This document shows positions 58,908 through 64,000 of a stretch of 64,000 nucleotides of DNA, piece by piece. Location of the stretch: contig CM000152.2 in assembly GCA_000004695.1 (NCBI GenBank), positions 4,320,001-4,384,000 of the forward strand, written 5' to 3'. A model generated the notes under the pieces. It did not search any database and was not told where the DNA came from. It saw nothing but the letters and a program-made list of their open reading frames with translations. Source of the stretch: Dictyostelium discoideum (Eukaryota). The first letter of the stretch is position 1. The number at the start of each line of letters is the position of its first letter. The position numbers and the translations under genes were made by a program.

Positions 58908-59228
58908 TAGTAAAAGATAATTTGTCCAGCTGGCTTTTTTTGAATTTTCGATAATTACTGTCTTTTGACCAAGGCTTCCAAAAATATATTTTCTCATTTT
59001 TTTGAGATATCCATATAATTTTTTTAATATAAAATGATGGAGAAAAAAAAATTAAAATATTGACTGAATAAAATAAATAAAATAAATAAATATATAAAAT
59101 AAAATAAAATAGAATAAATATATATAAAATAAACATAAAATAAAAATTAAAATAAAATAAAATAAAATAATAAAATAAAATAAATTAATAAATAAAATAA
59201 ATTAATAAATAAAATAAAATAAATAAAA

Positions 59229-59569
59229 ATGGGATTTTCAGAATTAAAAACTAAAACTACATTTAAATTTGACTTTTTTGATAATTTCTTTGATAAAGAA
59301 AAAAGAGAATTTTTAAGAGAATGGACAAAGAAAATTCAAGAGGCATTTAAAATTTTCATTCAAAAATTAAAACTAACTTCTAAATGGGTAGATGAAAATA
59401 TTGTGAAACCAATTTTACTAAAACTTACAGAGTTATGGCAATGTTCATATGCAATGATTCAAACATCAACAGTTTCCAGACATGAATATTTTGAATTACA
59501 ACAAGAATTCAATAAAGAGGCTGAAAACTTATTAAAAAGATTTGAAGAAAAATTAGAAGAAAAGCAAAG

Positions 59570-59615
<46 letters not shown>

Positions 59616-59825
59616 AAACAAAAACATAACAAACAACAAAAACAACAACCACAACCTCAACAACAACAACCACAACAACAAGAACAACAAGAACTACAAG
59701 AAATGCAACCACAATATTCAAATCATTACAAAGATGAATCCAGACCGGAAGATTATTATCAACAAGATCAAGAACAATATTATAAACAAGAACCTCAACA
59801 ACAATCAAATAAAAAACTTGACTAA
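59229..59825 (+). CDS. Hypothetical Q-rich coiled-coil protein (198 aa)
   Basis: Intact ORF MGFSELKTKTTFKFDFFDNFFDKEKREFLREWTKK... with a C-terminal (CAA)n poly-Q. No family assignment. Confidence 0.4.
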
Positions 59826-60249
59826 AAAAATTATTTTAAAAAAAAAAAAAGAATAAAATTCCTAAAATGTTTAAATTTAAATTTTAACTTCAAGAATTAT
59901 TTTTTTAAAAAAATGAAAATAAAATCTAAGGTTGGCCAGATCTAAAAATTTCATAACTATTTATGAAAAGTAATTTTATGCTAACCTGGTGGCCTGTTTT
60001 TTTTTTATTTTATTTTTTATTTTCTGTATTGCCCCTTATTAAAAAGTTAAGGACTACATTTTTTAAAAAACTTTTTGGAGAGCTGGATTTTTTTTTATTT
60101 TTTTTTTTAAGTGTTGATTTTATAATTTTATTTGAAAAATAATCAAAAAAAAAATCTTTTTTTTTAATTTTTAACAAACCAAATAGATTTCTTTTTTTTT
60201 TTCCTTTTTTTTTTTTTTTCCTTTTTTTTTTTTTTTCTATTCTCTTTTA

Positions 60250-60301
<52 letters not shown>

Positions 60302-60469
60302 TTTTCATTGATATTCAATATATAAAATATTCATTGAGTAAAAATAATTTGTTATTTGTTAATAATGTTTCAAAACAAAATATCTTTGGTAAATAATATT
60401 TTTTATCTGAAATATAATATATAAAATATTTTAATTATCTCTAAAAAAAAAAAAAAAAAAAAAAAAAAT

Positions 60470-62990
60470 GTTTATAGGTCGTGATGGATCAAAAGGACAT
60501 GATGAAATGGTATTAATGGTAAAAAAGGTGTCGATGGTAAATATACAATACAAATATTTGATTATGAGGGTGTTAAATTTAATAGTTCACCATATGATTT
60601 AATGGTGGAAGAGATTGGATAAATTGATAGAATAGGTTATAACGTAATTGAACCAGATTCAGATGTAACTTTAATGGTAAAGCATAAAAATGTGGGAGGA
60701 ATGCCAACACCATCATACCAAAATATTATGACATACGTCGATGATAATAAATGGGTATTCTGTGATCCAGTTAATAGAGTTGCATTTGATAAGTCAATTT
60801 TACAGGGTGCAGCTTCAAGAAATAAAAGAAATGAATTTAAAATCACAGATTTTAAACAAAATCCAAAATCATTACCAAGAGATCCATTTATGGTTAACGC
60901 AACAATGGACCATCAATGTTTAGTTGACCGTATCAATCAAAGCTTCAAGACAATTTCAGATAAGAAATCAAATTTTATTATTGAGTATCCAATTCAAACT
61001 TCATTAATTAAAGGTTTAAATAGTATTATATTAGGTGATGAATCACCATTTGTATTTAGAATGGGTTATATTCACATGTCGAAATGATTGGACCATCGGA
61101 ATTAAAATTCTTTTCAGGTACAATTTCATTTATAAACCCAAATATAAAACCATATACAAGAATTTTATTAGAATCAACCATATATTTAGGCCATGTTAAT
61201 AATATGATGTCTCCATTACCAATTCAATCAAGACCATTTGAAATTCAATTATCAGAGTGTTATTTACCAAAATCTATATTTCAATGTGATCTATTACTGG
61301 TTGTAAATAATCAAAGTGATTATAATGAAATTAAAAGTTGGAGAAAATTAGCAAAAAGTTTAAAGTTAAAACTAAATATTTGGAATACTAGTCTTTATAG
61401 AGCTTTTAATTTATCTCATGTTAAAATGGATGGAAAATCATTATTGGAAGATTTTCGTGGTAAAACTATATTTTTTTATATAATAGTTTTTAAAAGATGA
61501 ACTATTAACTCCACACGCTAATTTGATTAGACCTGATGAATTTTTTAATGCAGCCTACAATCATGGAATAAAGGTTTTAATCATTGGTAAAAGTTATTCA
61601 ATTGAAAGGGAAATTTCACCAATAAATACATTAGAGAAATCAACTACAGAGGCTTAATATCTAGATGATGATCATTTCTTTAAAACAATGAAATATCAAA
61701 TTCCAAATGGTTTAGGCACTGGTATTTCATTACCACCAATATTTGCAAACACTTTAAATGGTGATTTGGCAATTAATGCAATTGTAAATGGAAAAGAAAA
61801 TAATTGGATTGTAATTTTCAATGGGTATTATTTATTATCAATTTATAAAGAATCAATTTCATTATATCCACGTAAATCAATGGATTTAAATACAAACTTT
61901 GTACTTAGGAAAATTGATGAAAAAATCGATAGTGTTTCATTCCAATTATCAATTCCTCATTTAAACTTTGTTATTAACTTTTCAAAGTTGTTGGTAAAAA
62001 ACCAATTAAAATTTTAAATTTAAAGAGATTTTCATTGACAAGAGGTAATCAATTTGGTAATGAAAAATCAAGTCATGAACAGTGTTTTCAATTAGTTACA
62101 CCAGAAGTAACATGGTTTTTTAAATCTCAAGATCATTTTGAATGGGTTAGTAGATTATCACCTGAATATCAAACTTATTCTCAACCATCATCTTTGATTA
62201 AAGATCAAGTAATATTAGGTAAAGTTGATTCAAGAGGTGTTCATTTAAATGATGAATCTCCAATTATTGAAACTAGAACCATTCCAACCATCCAAGTAGT
62301 AGGTAGATATATTTTCACTAAACCAACCATTGATGACTTAGATAAGAAGTAGAAAAACAAGAAGAACGAGAAGTAGTAGATCAAGAAGATCAAGAAAAGC
62401 AAGAAGAAGAACAAGAAGAAGAAGAACGAGAAGTAGAAGAAAACCAAGTAGAAAAAGAAGAAGAAGAACAAGAAGAAGAAGAAACAATTCTTGAATCTCC
62501 AGAACCAATTGTTGATCATGAAAATCATTTGAATGGTTAGATCCTTTACCATTACCAATTCAATTGCAACAACAACAACAAGTTTATCAACCTCAAAGAA
62601 TTCAATTCAATTAAAGGAAACAAAAGATTTCGAAGATTCTTTACAATCAGAAAAACAAGAAGATTAATCATCATTATACCAATTTCGATTACAATTAGAT
62701 TCACCAAAAAGTTTAAAACAATTACTTGAAGACGAACCTGAAAACCAAAAAGAGGATAGTTTTTCAGAGGGTATCAATCAACAGCAATCAAATGACCATT
62801 TTCGATTAGATCAACAATTAATTAAAAATGAACAAAAAGAAAACCAAGATACCTTCTATGATCAACACTCCAATTAAATCAACAACCAACTCTAGAAGAA
62901 TTAAACCAATTGGATGAATCATTAAAACAAGAAGAAACAATCCAATTTGAGAAATCAATGGAACAATCCAAATAAAAGAAAATAAATAAA
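60470..62990 (+). pseudogene. Chain of co-linear same-strand ORFs in shifting frames: a probable decayed gene (pseudogene) of an unknown Dictyostelium-specific family
   Basis: Coding-like composition runs across 60.47-62.99 kb, broken into ORFs in frames 2/1/2/1 (60674-61087, 61084-61500, 61688-62017, 62035-62352) that abut or overlap (ATGTCGAAATGA at 61076-61087). Further ORF fragments without a Met lie in between (LLTPHANLIRPDEFFNAAYNHGIKVLIIGKSYSIEREISPINTLEKSTTEA). After 62345 comes an E-rich segment and more stop-interrupted frames. No splice signals could rescue the frame changes. Confidence 0.5.
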
Positions 62991-63384
62991 ACTAAAATTA
63001 ATCCTAAAAACCATTTATTTAATAATCCATTTCCTTATTTTTTATTTTTTTATTTTTTATTTATACATTAAACACTCCAAAATTAATGGTACAAGTAAAT
63101 AGAATAGTAAGACAAAAAAAAAAAAATAAAGAAATAAAAAAAGTATTTTTTTTTTTTTTTTTTTAATAAAGTAATAATATATTGTTTGTTAATAGTAAAA
63201 AAAGTATATTATTATTAATTTATGTTTTTTTTTTTTTTTTTAGTTTTAGTGTAGTTGAAAAAGGTTATTTGTTGCAATTTGGTTTGGTTTGTTGTGTTTG
63301 TTTGTTTTAATATATAAAAAAGTTACTTGTTTGATTTTTTGTTTGTTTGATTTTTTTTTTTTTTTTTTTTTCTTTAAAATTTTA

Positions 63385-64000
<616 letters not shown>

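Overview
This 64-kb window is eukaryotic nuclear DNA, almost certainly Dictyostelium discoideum. Evidence: about 78% A+T, very long A/T homopolymers between genes, short GTAAGT..AG introns, poly-Q/poly-N coding tracts, and recognisable abcC, shk, rac, rab and Mediator genes. Reading both strands and using conserved protein motifs to anchor splice junctions, I recognise about 24 protein-coding genes, most of them multi-exon. The conserved ones are med12, an LSm14/RAP55 homolog, a GNAT acetyltransferase, two abcC (MRP-type) ABC transporters, racE, protein-L-isoaspartate O-methyltransferase, an HTATIP2/TIP30-like oxidoreductase, RNase T2, UBC6/UBE2J E2, an F-box/LRR protein, an SH2-domain kinase (shk family, probably shkD) and rab14. 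The two abcC genes are head-to-head inverted paralogs, and each is paired with a small gene encoding a retrotransposon-integrase-type HHCC zinc finger. There is one tRNA-Phe(GAA) with an external B box, one textbook class I ncRNA gene with its DUSE promoter element, and a roughly 2.5-kb chain of frameshifted ORFs that looks like a pseudogene. There is also a 5.5-kb gene desert with sequence ambiguities. No prokaryotic-type systems (CRISPR, operons) are present. Coordinates derived from hand-counting may be off by 1-2 nt; ORF-track coordinates are used where available.
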